A stretch of DNA of 64,000 nucleotides from Octopus sinensis (GCF_006345805.1 NC_043005.1:103912001-103976000), one strand, 5' to 3'; positions 40,051 through 54,036 are shown, counted from the first letter of the stretch. Notes: generated by a model from the letters alone, not told the origin. Translations and numbers: made by a program.

Positions 40051-40133
<83 letters not shown>

Positions 40134-40157
40134 ATTATTATTATTATATTATTATTA

Positions 40158-40203
<46 letters not shown>

Positions 40204-40213
40204 ATTATTAATT

Positions 40214-40248
<35 letters not shown>

Positions 40249-40674
40249 CATCATCATTATCATTATTAGAGAGATCATAGAATCAACACTATCAGTGTTT
40301 GTTATACATTCTCACCACTTCCGCTGGCTACTATTGCCTTATACAGAAAATTCATCAGAATAATTTAGAATAACACGGAAAATTACAATGCTGATTGTAT
40401 TGTTGTTGTTGTTGTTATTGTTGTTGTTGTTGTTGTTTATTTCTTTTTCCTTGTGTTTGCTTGGTTTAATTTTATCTGTTTTTGAATCTGTATGTATGTA
40501 TGTCTCGTCTATGTTTAATCTTTTAACTTTTTTGTATGTATGTATGTATGTATGTATGTATGTATGTAGTATGTATGTATGTATGTATGTATGTATGTAT
40601 GTATGTATGCGTGTATTGTGTATGTATGCATCTGTCTATCTATCTACCTATCAATCTATCTACCTATTAATCAG

Positions 40675-40782
<108 letters not shown>

Positions 40783-42244
40783 GTTTGTATTATCTTCATT
40801 GTATTTCTAAAATTCCTCATGCATTAAGAAAGAAATGTTTTCAACTCAGCATCAAAGCCCTTTAATTAAAACCTAGACATCAACCAGATAGTCATATATC
40901 ATGCAGATAAGAATGCATCTGCGCACGTATGTGTGCATACACGGTACGCCATTGCTCGTGTGTAAATGATTTAACTTATGTATATATATGAAAATTAGAT
41001 GTATGTTTGTTACTGTTCAATTTAAAGCTCCCTGATAACAGGTTTTGTTTAAAGATCCATTTGCTCTTGGAATATCCAATGCAGAGGCCCCCAAACTACC
41101 ATATCGATGAAATGTACATAGGAAACATACGATGTAAACTTATGTTTATCATAAGTTTTCCTACGTTTGCTATGTTCATACAGAAATATTTTGGGTTGTC
41201 TATACGTCATACAAACTTATTTAAACGCTCATACATCCGACTGCTTTTGTGAGCATTTGTTAGACGTCCGACGATATAGTAATGGATCTCTTTCGCTTAT
41301 CGTCTGCCATTTTAATTATCCTGGTCACCCGTGCATTTATTTCACTATTTTACAGGTTCGTACAGTAACACCACGGACTCTCGTTTCCAATCTCTTGCGA
41401 ACTATACTTGATTTTTTGCTTGTTCACAACCTTTCCCAAAAGTATTTATAACTGAATAACTGATAAGAATCCATATATGTACTTTACAACACTGACTATC
41501 TATCCATCCATTCATCTATCCATCCATCCATCCAATTAACACAAACTGGTGTTTTTTTCCACCCAATCTTTTCCACCTATCAGTTAGATGATCATCTTAT
41601 CAAGTCAATATCACCCGTCATTCTCACCAAAATCGCTTCTTTTTTCGTCTACTCCACATAATCTGACACATACTTCTCACTCTTACGCACATTCACACGC
41701 CTTCCATACATATAATTTTACATACACACGCATTCGCTACTACTTCTCCCATACCGAATTCCTTCATTGAAGGTGAGGCATTGGATCGCCATTCTACGCT
41801 TCCTCATCTACTCCAAGCTACTCATTCCCGATTATTTCTTTTCCATCACTAGTCACCATGCTGTGACTTCCATAAATACACGCTACTCTTATCATGGCGA
41901 AGAAGAAACGGTCCGAAACGGTGACACCTTCATTCCTTCACAGCTTAACTCATTAAATTTGTAGCTATCAAATATAAGGTCTTGTATACAGCTAGGCTTT
42001 GTATTATAGTCAAACTTGAACTTTGCTCGCGTTCTTTCAGAGGATGGAATGGACTCATATGAGCAAGAAACTCGGTGCCATGCCATAATGAATCCAAAGC
42101 TTCGATTGGTTAAATAATTCTTCATGCTTGAAGAACTTGAATACCAATAACTGAAATAAATCAAAATAAAATAAAATATACCTGATGAATCCACATCGCG
42201 GCATGAACGGCAAAGAAAATCAGCTCTGTTCAACTGGCTTCCTA

Positions 42245-42860
42245 TTCTCTATCTCATGGTCGCACTGACTCATAAAATCCCACAGAATGTTCTGGGCCTT
42301 GGAGATGGCCATATTCATGAGGTTCACCGGATATTATTTTCTTTAAGGAACCATTTTAGTTCATATAATCTTTTTCCTGTAGTGTGGGGTGTGTTACTAC
42401 GGTGCAGATGCGTCGTGCCATGTTACAGGGAATGTTGTTTTGGTATGTGAGGGGTTGGAGTGCTGATCTGAAATTTAAGCATTGGTGTGTATCTGTTGGT
42501 TTTTAGAATTGGTCTGTTTCGATATTTCCTCTTCTTTAATAATAAGGTTATCCAGAAAGGGTAGTTCCTTTCTATTACACTCTGTGGTAAATGGTATTGT
42601 TTTGTGAAACATGTTTCTGATGAAATGGAATCTTTGCAGGTCTTCTCGGCTTCTATCCCAGAAGATAAAGAAATCTTCTAGGTAACGTTGTTATTGATGT
42701 AGGTGGCTGCGTTTCCTGCAGCTGGGTAAATATTTTTGCCTCTAAGTAACCCATAACGTGTGTTGCATATGTTGGAACTACTTTGGTGTCCATGACCGTT
42801 CCTTTTATTTGTGCCGAAAATGAACTTTCTTATCTTCCATTTTAAAGGGTTATAGAATTA
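42245..42860 (-). pseudogene. Penelope-like element reverse transcriptase fragment
   Basis: Across frameshifts: AMGT/KVAPTYATLVMG-like, LPFLDNLIIK, KPTDTHQCLNFRS, NIPCNMARRICTVV, RLYELKWFLK, YPVNLMNMAISKA; these match PLE RT motifs. Confidence 0.8.
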
Positions 42861-43575
42861 GCACAGGTTATAGGAACATAAATCTTCTTCCATAAAAAGA
42901 TAGCTTAAACTTTGCTCTAAATGGGGGTGTAGTCAAATTCTATTTTATGGACTCAACCATGTTCTAAAATAAGTCGAAAGGTAAGCTACTATAAATTGGC
43001 ACGAACTTTCCGGATAATCCAATGCAAATATGCATGTAAGCATACATACATATGTACGTACACCCATACACACACGTGCAAGAATGGCTCTTCTGCTTTT
43101 CTAAGGAAGTTAAAATATATATCTTACAGTATGTATATCGCGAAACATTTACCGAACCACATATATATCATAAAAGTATGTGCTACAAATGATACGACTC
43201 GTAAACATTTGTTGAAAAACAAGAAACTGAAATCGGAGATCTTAGTTTGAACTGGCCAGAAGCTTACTTATTGCTATGCAATGCATGACACAGAGAAGCA
43301 AATAGAAAAAAAATTCAAAAAGTAAAACAATATTGATTTCTTTCGATTTCACACTAGATAATGTAGAGATATATAATCTATTGAATCGATCTGAAAGTAT
43401 AACTACAAACTAATATCAATACTGGAGAATATAATCACTGGTGTATTAAAGTACACTGAGAATTTCCTCTCACTCTGCTTATTTTGTGCTCTATACTCAC
43501 TGAATAAGTTTGTTATACATATCACTTAGCTTTATAGATTAATTTTTGCTTGATATATAATGGAGACGTAAAAAT

Positions 43576-43680
43576 CACTGCGGCGGCACTGCGGCGGCAC
43601 TGCGGCGGCACTGCGGCGGCACTGCGGCGGCACTGCGGCGGCACTGCGGCGGCACTGCGGCGGCACTGCGGCGGCACTGC
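43576..43680. repeat. Perfect GC-rich 11-bp minisatellite (CACTGCGGCGG)x9.5
   Basis: Directly visible; no variant units. Confidence 0.95.
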
Positions 43681-43904
43681 GGGCAGTTTCTTTATTATAA
43701 TTCATTATAATTTCCATTACTTATATCAATGTTTGTTAATCATAGCACACCCATCCACATACAAACATATATATTTGTATGTGCATATATGTATATATAT
43801 GTGTGTGTGCATACATATATGTATGTATGTACATATATATACATATGTGTGTGTGTTTGTATGTGTATATATATATATATACACACAGACATATATATAT
43901 ACAT

Positions 43905-44061
43905 GTGTGGCTGTGTGGCAAGCGGGCTGTTTCCCGACCACATAGTTCCGGGTTCAGTTCCACTGCATGACACCTTGGGCAAGTGTCTTCCACTATAGCC
44001 TCGGACTGAACAAAGCCTTGTCAGTGGAATTGGTAGACGGAAACAGAAAAGAAACCCGTCG

Positions 44062-44093
<32 letters not shown>

Positions 44094-44157
44094 TGTATGT
44101 ATGTATGTATGTATGTATGTATGTATATACATATATATATATTATATTATATATATA

Positions 44158-44200
<43 letters not shown>

Positions 44201-44404
44201 GTTTATAATTGTGTGTCAGTGTTTGTCCCCCATAATCGTTTGACAACCGATGTTGGTGTGTTTATGTCCCCGTAACACAGCGGTTCGGCAAAAAAGACCA
44301 ATATAATAAGTACTAGGCTTCCAAAGAATAAGTCCTGGGGTCGTTTTATTCAACTAAAGGTGGTACCCCAACACAGCCGCAGTCAAATGATTGAAACAAG
44401 TAAA
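43905..44404 (+). mobile_element. SINE family B, near full length, with internal microsatellite
   Basis: tggctgtgtgg box A, gggttcagttcc box B, ccttgggcaagtg block and tail. Confidence 0.9.
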
Positions 44405-44635
44405 AATATATATATGAAACTAAATAAATGGCAAAGGATTCGCAAAATATACAATGGACGTCATTAGCTTACAATGGACGTCATTAGCTTACAAGTGTTT
44501 CAGCTACAAGATTCAGTGCATTCAGAACTGGGTGCTTGAGCATCATCTAATAGTTTCCTCACTCGTAATATTACAAGCTCTCGCCCTCTCTGTCTCTCTC
44601 TATATATATTCATAATAATAATAATAATAATAATA

Positions 44636-44672
<37 letters not shown>

Positions 44673-44673
<1 letters not shown>

Positions 44674-45211
44674 GATAAGGAAGATAGATGCAAATAGGCC
44701 AGACATCATATTGAAAGACTTCAAACAAAGAACATGCCTCCTCATTGATATGACTGTCCCAATCGATATAAACGTATCTGTCAGGACCTACCAAAAACTG
44801 AGCAAATATAAGATCTTGAAATAGAAATCAGCAAATGTGGAAGCTGAAGACTAAAACAATACCTGGAATGATAGCAAAAGGGGCTGATAGCTACCTAACT
44901 CAGATACCAGGAAACCCAAAAATGGCAGAAGTTCAAAAGATAGTGCTCATGGGAACTGCTCATATCCTACTACGCAAAAACTCTCTATGTAACCTCAAGG
45001 TTTAAAACAACCATAATTTTCGGTTTAAAAAAAAAAAAAAAAAAAAAAATTTTTTTTTTTAGACATTCATTAGTACAACATCCCACACCCCCCCCCAAAT
45101 ATATGGCACACTAGGCATAACAACAACATGAACTTCCAACCCTGTTGTCTCTTGAGTCTCTGGGTGAGACTTGGAGCCAACTTGTACAAATATAAGCAAA
45201 AGTCAACATAG
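44673..45211 (+). mobile_element. 5'-truncated R4/Dong-type non-LTR element (restriction-like endonuclease domain plus 3' UTR) inside (AAT)n
   Basis: RKIDANRPDIILKDFKQRTCLLIDMTVP...YQKLSKYKDLEIEIS/WKLKTKTIP...IPGNPKMAEVQKIVLMGTAHIL (PD..D RLE motif); (AAT)n on both sides. Confidence 0.9.
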
Positions 45212-45224
45212 AATAATAATAATA

Positions 45225-45257
<33 letters not shown>

Positions 45258-45274
45258 TGATGATGATGATGATG

Positions 45275-45326
<52 letters not shown>

Positions 45327-45662
45327 GTGGGGAAGCATCATAGCCATGTGTTGAGAGGGATTCTTTGGGGTTTGAATAATTCACCTCTGGAAACATGGGT
45401 GTTTTGTTCAACATCCTTAAACACCCTTATTCAAGGACTGTTTGAGCGGGATGAGTTACTAGACCAGAATAAAATTCTAACTGGGCCCCACCTGCAAGGC
45501 CATGTGCTGTTTATCTTGATATGAGATCACCATGTCGCGCACATATGGTTGTGATGCATGTGCCTAGTGTACCCTTATCAGACGGGTAGTCATGATGGGT
45601 ATACTGGGCTTCATATATTTTACCCCAGTGTCACTTTGATGGCATGCACTGCTCTCTCACTC
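45327..45662 (+). mobile_element. Element C, 5'-truncated, flanked by (AAT)n on both sides
   Basis: Matches 18862-19075; ends ...ctctctcactc followed by (AAT)n. Confidence 0.8.
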
Positions 45663-46933
45663 AATAATAATAATAATAATAATAATAATAGTAATAATCC
45701 TTTCTACCGGAAGCACAAGAACTCAAATTTAGGGAAAAGGATTATATATATATACATAAATACATATATATATGTGTTTTTATGTATACATATATGCGTG
45801 TGTCTGTGTGTCTGTGTTCGTGTGTTCGTGTGTGTGTATTTATATATGTGTGTGTCTGTGTTGTGTGTGTGTGTGTGTATGTGTGTGTGTGTTAGATTGT
45901 GTCTAACTTCTGCTCTTTCCAAGAACTCGTACTTTTTCTCTCAATTTCACTTCCTTTGTTGATTCCATCCCACAACCATACCTGTTAACACAACTTCCAC
46001 TTCCCGCTTACCTCTCCTTTTCCTTCAAACTCGCGTCCTCTCCTACTTTCTCAAATTTACTTTTTCCTCACACACACTCAACGATTACACACACACATGA
46101 CCTCGTACCAACACCTCGTATCTTCATTAATCTATGGTACCACGATTCGGCGCTTGCTCCCTCCCATACACAGCCCCACTAAAAATAAGCAAAATTCCAC
46201 ATCCACCATTCTCATATATAACTATTTTGAAAGATGGAAACACTCATATACTTGCACAAACATGCTCAGCCACTCTTTTCTTAATTCCTCCCATAGAACT
46301 GCTTTCTTACCTGGCTTCTAATTTGACAACCGTTCTTATAAAGGTTAAGCTAGTATACTACTTGTTAAAAATTGTCCACCCCGTATTGTAACCTGTTGTA
46401 ATTCTTTTTTATTGTTCATTAGATTTACAATGTGAGTGTGTGTGTGTATGTGTATGTGTGTCTGTGTGTGCGCGCGTGCGTGTGTGTGTGTGTGTGTAAG
46501 TATTGTTATTAGACCACACGGTGCATTACTGTAAGCTATCCTTTGAGGATATTATTATAAATTCAAATTTTCTAACCGACATACATGACAATACACCTTT
46601 ATTTAATGTTTCTTTTTATTATTGTACATTTAGAAGTATATTCAACCAACAAGAGGTTTACTGTTATATCAATAGTTAATTAATTAATTAATTAACGCGT
46701 GGTCTGAACATGACTGCTCTGTCCCCTTGGTTCTTGTTAGTTTCTCAATCTTTTGCGTTTTGTTCTTTTAGAAATGTTTAAATATCACCAAAATACATAT
46801 TGCATTTTGATTGGCCCAAGAAATATGAAAAGGTAAAATAATAGGATAGGAACTCTGATGCACAAGGTAGTGAGCTTCAGCATAATGCACTGAAGTTGAA
46901 GTAAATCAGTAAATGAGAGAATTGGTTGTTCTT

Positions 46934-47162
46934 AAGGCGGTGAGCTGGCAGAAACATTAGCACGCCGGGCGAAATGCGTAGCCGTATTTCGTCTGCCGTT
47001 ACGTTCTGAGTTCAAATTCCGCCGAGGTCGACTTTGCCTTTCATCCTTTCGGGGTCGATAAATTAAGTACCAGTTACGCACTGGGGTCGATGTAATCGAC
47101 TTCGTTTGTCTGTCGTTGTTCGTCCCCTCTGTGTTTAGCCCCTTGTGGGTGGTAAAGAAATA
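46934..47162 (+). mobile_element. SINE family A, full length, 12-bp TSD
   Basis: ATTGGTTGTTCT at 46921-46932 and 47166-47177. Confidence 0.95.
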
Positions 47163-47476
47163 AGTATTGGTTGTTCTGTTTTCCGGCCATGTTTTAAAAT
47201 CCAGATTCATATAAGGTAGAGAAATTAGTTTATGGAACAATCCGGTGATAAAAAGTAGGTTAAGAAAAAGAAAAGTATATGGCCGCACATGTGATTCGAA
47301 ACCGCATTAACAAACTCAACCAAGCAAGATCTTCCATGTCCTTTATAGTGGCGACTGTGATAAATAGGAAATTTGCTACAACAGCATGTTATAAAAATAG
47401 CTGCCACGGATAATACTAACATTAACACTTAACAATAACAGCGTTAGTATATGAATAACTGTGTTGCTTCTCTTTA

Positions 47477-47507
<31 letters not shown>

Positions 47508-47731
47508 CATAAACACACACGCACGCACACACGTAAACACACACGCTTAAGTACATATATATGTGTGTGTGTGTGTGTGTGTGTTGTGTGAGTGTCACCG
47601 TATGATGTACAGTCACAAAAACTAGATACACACATTCAAATGCATATATGTGTGTGCATGGGAATGGGTGTGTGCTTATAAAGATACACACACACACATA
47701 CATACGCGCACACACACACACACACACACGC

Positions 47732-47781
<50 letters not shown>

Positions 47782-48610
47782 TGAGTGTGTGTGTGCGTGT
47801 GCTAGTAAATATATATGTATATATGATATATATATATACACACATGTGCATATTATGTGTATATCTATCCTATACTTATCTATCGTTCTATCTACCTATC
47901 ACTTTCTTTCCCCCTTCTCTGGACACACACACACACACACGCACACATGCACACACGCATATGTCTGTATCTTGCTCGAGCTATACCAACGGATGTAAAG
48001 GAATATGTGAATGGAGGTATCGGAAAGTGGGCGGGAGTGAATCAAGGTATACAGATATTCTGCTTTTCAGTCGGGGTGACACAAGTCTGACGCTTGTAGG
48101 ACCCAAAGGCTTTACTAGAGTGTGGAACCTGTTCAGACTCGAAAATTAGACTTATGCCCAGAATACAAACCCTCATTTACTCTCTTTCTCTCTCTCTCAC
48201 GCATCTTTTCTTACTTTCTCAGCCTCTTCTATGTTCCTGTTACTCTAACAATCTCCGTCTCTTTCCCTCTCACGTTCGCTCCGTCGCTTTCTTTCTTGCT
48301 CATATACACAGGCAGTTGCATATTTTTGGGGCAAATAAGAGTCAGTCTCTATCATGCTCAGCTGTTGATGGAGTCAAAGGATCGAATACCCGTGGTGTCA
48401 TATTGTCTGTTTGTCAATATCGCTGGTTGCTTTTCTTCTCTTGTAAAGTTTCCAGCAAATTCTATAGAATTAAGACAAATTATAAAGGAAGAAATAAATA
48501 CAGAAATATAAAACTTGCCCTATGCTATTCCAAGCTACATAAGAGTTTCCAACGAAGGTGTCTCTTCTATATATGCATAGGATAGAAAAATGGGAAGGTG
48601 TATATAAATA

Positions 48611-48650
<40 letters not shown>

Positions 48651-48806
48651 TACGCACACACATACAACCGCAAGGAACATTGTGTGAGGATACATGACTG
48701 TGTTAAATCTATGTATTTCTTTACCTTTCACAGTTATTTATCTCTTCCAGTTTCCCTCTCCCCTCCTCTTTCCCTCTCTGTCCCTATGTGTGCGTGTATA
48801 TATACA

Positions 48807-48849
<43 letters not shown>

Positions 48850-48858
48850 TGCATAATA

Positions 48859-48978
<120 letters not shown>

Positions 48979-49052
48979 TATATATATATATATATATATA
49001 GTATAGCATACACACGCACTCTCGCACATATAAATAAATACATAAATATAAA

Positions 49053-49093
<41 letters not shown>

Positions 49094-49467
49094 TATATAT
49101 GGAAAGAGAGAGGAGAGTGAGAGAGAGAGAAGAAGAGAAGAAGAAGAAGAAGAAGAAGAAAAGAAAAAGAAGAAGAAGAAGAAGAAGAAGAAGAAGAAAC
49201 AGAGAAAGATAGGGAGTGAGAAATATATATAAATATATAGACATACAGAAACATAGATGCAAATATAGACATACACAAACGCCCCCCCCCCCTTACACAT
49301 ATACGCATACGAATGTGCAATATATTAAATTGTCTGAAGAGTGTGTAGCTATTCATGACATTAGTAAAGCAGTGAGAAAACGAATAGAAACGACCGGATA
49401 GGAAGAAGCAAAAATGTGGAACGAGTATACATAGTTAGCCATATACATAAAGTATAATATGTATATA

Positions 49468-49520
<53 letters not shown>

Positions 49521-49766
49521 TGTATTAGAAAAAAACACCAAATTGAAAGACTAAATTACACCTTCTAGAAATTACATATAATAGAAAGATTAAATATAAG
49601 ATAAAACATATAACGATGATTAAGTAATGTGCACAATAATAAATAAAACGTATATATTTGGTAAAATAACGACACGTGTTTCGTGGCTATATTTAAGAAA
49701 CGATTATAGTAAAAATATTAGTAGTAGTAGTAGTAGTAAAATCACATGAATATAAATATAGATATT

Positions 49767-51545
49767 TGCCCATGTCCAGCGGAATTCCCGCTTGAACAAC
49801 CAGATTGTAACATTGGTAGACTCAACAGGCGTATCGATTGAGGACCCTTATCAACAGAGTCAATTATTTGCCGAGGCTTTTTCAACTATTTTCAAACAAG
49901 ATGATGGTCGTGAACCCCCTCCATTTGATAGATCGGTACCTCCAATGCTTCGATTGATCATCACGCGGGACCAAGTCAAACGTGTTATTCAAGGCCTCGA
50001 TGTCAACAAGGGTCACGGCCCTGACGGCATACACCCACGGGTTATCAAAGCGTTGGCTCCGGTCATCTGCGAGCCCTTAACACGACTATTCAATATGTCA
50101 TTGGCGACGGGTGTTATACCTGCAGACTGGAGAAAAGCGATAATCTGCCCAATTTTCAAGAAAGGAGCCGCGAAGACCCGCTTAACTACCGACCGGTTTC
50201 CCTTACATCAAAATAATCAGCAAGATGTTCGAACCATCCTTAAGAAAAGTATGATGCTCCACCTCCTAAGCACAGCCTCGATCACTGATTCCCACACACG
50301 GCTTCGTGCCGAAGAGATCATGCTTGACCAACTTACTAGTAATGGAAGAATTGGTGACGCGCATCCTCGATGATAGTGATGCTGTTGACATCGTTTTATT
50401 GGACTTTGCCAAAGCTTTTGACTCGGTAAACCACCGCCTACTACTTGTCAAGCTTCAAGCATATAGTTTTCCATCCGGATATTGTACGATGGGTTGGTGC
50501 CTTCCCTCTCCTCTCAGATCGCTCCTCCAAGTTCAAGTTAATGGTTCGCGGTCCGACGTCTCCAGTGCGAGCAGTGGCGTGCCTCAAGGTTCAGTGCTTG
50601 GGCCCTTGTTGTTCTTAGTCTTCATAATGACTTGCCCGACGACCTCACGCAACACACCCTTCTATTTGCCGACGATATCAAACTGGTCGCTCCTCGCGGT
50701 AGTATAGAGGTCTTCGTCGATGCCTCCACCAAATTTGGAAGTGGTCAAACGATTGGGACCTGTGTCTGAACGTGTCAAAGTGCTGTCATCTGTCTGTCGG
50801 CTCTACTCCTACAACTCAACTTGATTTCGAGCCGGCGTCGTCTGCTGCTGGGAGGACCGATCAGGTAAAGGACCTGGGTATCTTGGTGGATTCCTCCTTT
50901 TCGCCTTCGGCCCAGTGCGTCCATGCTGCCCACAAAGCGCGCGGAATTCTGTTTTTGATTCGACGGTCATTCGGAGTGCTCACAGCAGCCATATTCCTGC
51001 CACTCTATGTCACGCTGGTGAGACCCATATGGAGTATGGGATTCAAGCCTCTTCTCCTTATCTCCTCAAAGACATACAGCACCTCGAAAGAGTCCAGAGG
51101 CTGGCTACCCGCCTGGTTCATGGTCTCAAAAATTTGTCCTACGAAGAAAGGCTGAGGACGCTCGACCTTTATTCTCTTGAAAAACGCCGCCGCCGTGGTG
51201 ATCTCATTCTCCGCCCACAACATCATAAGCGGAAGTGTAACCTCTCGAAAGAGCTTTCTTCACTCCTGCTCCGGAGCGTCGGCTGCGGAGTCATTCCGAA
51301 AAGCTCTACCTGCGACGATTTCATCTCATCGAAGGAGAGGAGCTTTCTCCGTCCGGGTTGCGGATCCGTGGAATAAGCTGCCAGATGAGATGGTGAAGAT
51401 GCCGACGACCGCTTTGTTCAAAGCCTCCCTGGACCTCAAGTGGCCTGAACTCTTTACATGAACACCACCCTGTACTTAACTCCATGTCCCCCTACATGGC
51501 CTTGCTATTTGCTTTTGAGCCAAATTAACTAACTAACTAACTAAC
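49767..51545 (+). mobile_element. 5'-truncated CR1-clade LINE: reverse transcriptase, 3' UTR and (TAAC)n tail
   Basis: [85 protein letters not shown] and [13 protein letters not shown], split by single-base indels. Confidence 0.95.
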
Positions 51546-51758
51546 ATAAATATTTATATATATATATATATATATATATAATGTATCTGTATATATATAC
51601 ATGTGTGTATATATGTGTATATATGTATATATATATATTTATATATATATGCATATATATATGTATATATATATATATATATGCATATGTATATATATAT
51701 GTACGCATGTGTCTGTGTGTGTGTGTATATATTTATGCGTGTATATTTTTATTCTTTT

Positions 51759-52149
51759 CTCTTTTTATTTGTTTCAGTCATGTGACTAAGGCCATGATGA
51801 AACACTGCTTTTAGTCGAACAGATTGACCCCAGGACTTCTTCTTTGCAAACCTAGTACTTATTCTATCGGTCTCTTTTGCCGAACCGTTAATTTACAGGG
51901 ACATAATCACACATCGGTTTTCATGCCATAGTGGGAGGACAAACACAAACACGCAAATACATACATACATACATATACATATATAAATATAAACGACGGA
52001 TTTCTTTCAGTTTCCGTCTACCAAATTTACTCACAAAGATTTGGCTGGCCCGAGGCCATAGTAAAAGACACTTGGCAAGATGTCACTCGGTGGGACTGGA
52101 CCCAGAACCATGTGGCTGAAAAACAAGCTTCTTACTACACAGCTATTCC
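51759..52149 (-). mobile_element. SINE family B
   Basis: Reverse complement of family B head to tail. Confidence 0.85.
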
Positions 52150-52401
52150 CGTCCCTATATAGCAGCCCCTCCTGCGCCAATATAAGTTCATATGTATACA
52201 CAAGTACACCCACACACTCACACACATGCATATATTGCATATATGCCGATGGGTAGATAGATACAATGAGGGAGAGAGAGAGAGGAGAGAGAGAGAGAGA
52301 AAGAGAAGAGAGAAAGGAACAAGCATATCCAGAAAGAGTCACGCGAAGAATCAGATATATATGTATGATCATCTAGGAGTGCAAAGGCTGATATAGAGAG
52401 A

Positions 52402-52914
52402 CTAGCAGTATCGCCCGGCGTTGCTCGGGTTTGCAAGGGAAATAACTATATAAGCATTTTTAGAGAGTTACTTCCCTTATAGATGCCAATTCGGGCTTTC
52501 TTAGCCATTTCTGTTTTGGTGTCTTCAAGCCATGAAGTCGTTGTTCTAAAAGAACGCTGGTCTCCTTGACAACGCTTTACGACGTTGATTTCCTTACACT
52601 CCCTTCCCCACAGCTTCACGAGGGAGGGAAGAAGGGGGAGAAGCAAACAGGTGCAGGTGTGACCATAGACGCCAACTCCGCCGCCATCGACACACGAAAA
52701 ATTATGCATTAAAATGGAATGAAAAATGATGTTAAATTATTTTAAAAATCGTAGACTTATCGTAGACGCGCGCTAATACGCAGACGGGCTCGATATGAAT
52801 CACGACTATAAGATACCCGGTTTTGGTTAAACTGCACCGCAAAATGTGGGAGTAGTTAGGAATCTAAATCGAAGGGGACAGACACTCACACAACTACAGT
52901 TTTATATATATAGA
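52402..52914 (-). mobile_element. Non-autonomous Helitron
   Basis: Minus strand reads A|TCTATATA...CCCGAGCAACGCCGGG...CTAG|T: 5' TC, 3' hairpin plus CTAG, AT target. Confidence 0.8.
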
Positions 52915-52941
52915 TATACTGGTGAAACACAACACATGCAC

Positions 52942-52980
<39 letters not shown>

Positions 52981-53351
52981 ACACACATGCTCCAAACTGC
53001 TCAGGGATGAACTTGTATGAGTCGAGCCTCTGTTTGCATGAGCCGAGCGACAGAAGTCCAACGGGAAGCTCAGGATGTTCCCCTTTCCACATCAAGGTCA
53101 TCATCTGCAATCCGCTGGGTTCTCCCTGATCAGGCGGTGGAGGTACACTTTGTTCACGTTATTTCAATATTTATTTTAGCTTACAATAGCCAGTTCTTTT
53201 GGTCATACTATCGTATCTCCAGCTGCTTCAGATATCAAGATATCAAAACAGTTTTGCTATGAATAGTGAAACCATGGTTTCGTTTTGTGAAAAAGGAACG
53301 TTTTGGATTTACGAAACATTTGCATAATAGCAACGATATAATATATATATA

Positions 53352-53398
<47 letters not shown>

Positions 53399-53419
53399 TA
53401 GATAGATAGATAGATAGAT

Positions 53420-53467
<48 letters not shown>

Positions 53468-53909
53468 TAGATAGATAGATACAAAGATAGATAGATAACG
53501 ATATGAGAATTTGAAAGATTCTTGAATATCGAGTTTATCTCTTCTTCTCAAGTGGAGTTGGTCTTATTTGCCATTTAGTAATTCTGATTATGACAAATAC
53601 ATCCTTTAGCAGCGGAGAGGATGGTGATAAACCAAGAAATTTTGTTGTAAGGCATTTGACATACCGATATTTTCTGGCTAGGTAGATATAAGTTAAATAT
53701 CAATTATATAAGTCATTTGGGGATATTGCCGGCAGCCATGTGATAAAAACGGAGCATTCTAATTCGGGCAGGATTGCTTTGCATGAATCGTAATGTCTGA
53801 CGCTACGAATTTATTTCGTATGGCCACGAATGTTTCGAGATCTGAACAGTTTCTAGGATGGGATGTGAGTCCACTGTTTATATCAATTAAAAAATACTTT
53901 GAAGAACTT

Positions 53910-54008
53910 GTAAGTTAGTACTTTGCGTAAATAGTACTTTGTGTAAATTAGTACTTTGTGTAAGTTAGTACTGTGTTGTGTAATTTAGTACGAAGTTCTA
54001 ACTTCGTA
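53910..54008. repeat. Five ~17-bp tandem units (gtaagttagtactttgt) ending in a perfect 9-bp-arm palindrome
   Basis: TACGAAGTT-ct-AACTTCGTA at 53989-54008. Confidence 0.8.
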
Positions 54009-54036
54009 GCTCGAAATAAAATTACAAATATTTGAA

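Noticed and set aside
42182-42225. CTGATGA...GAAA next to the Penelope RT
   Set aside because: Helix II does not close, and the second copy at 21.0 kb has CAGATGA.
44452-44491. 20-bp direct duplication acaatggacgtcattagctt x2
   Set aside because: A simple local duplication with no spacer; not CRISPR-like.
46280-46360. Overlapping exon-like signals on both strands
   Set aside because: Equally good models on plus and minus show how easily such signals arise by chance here.
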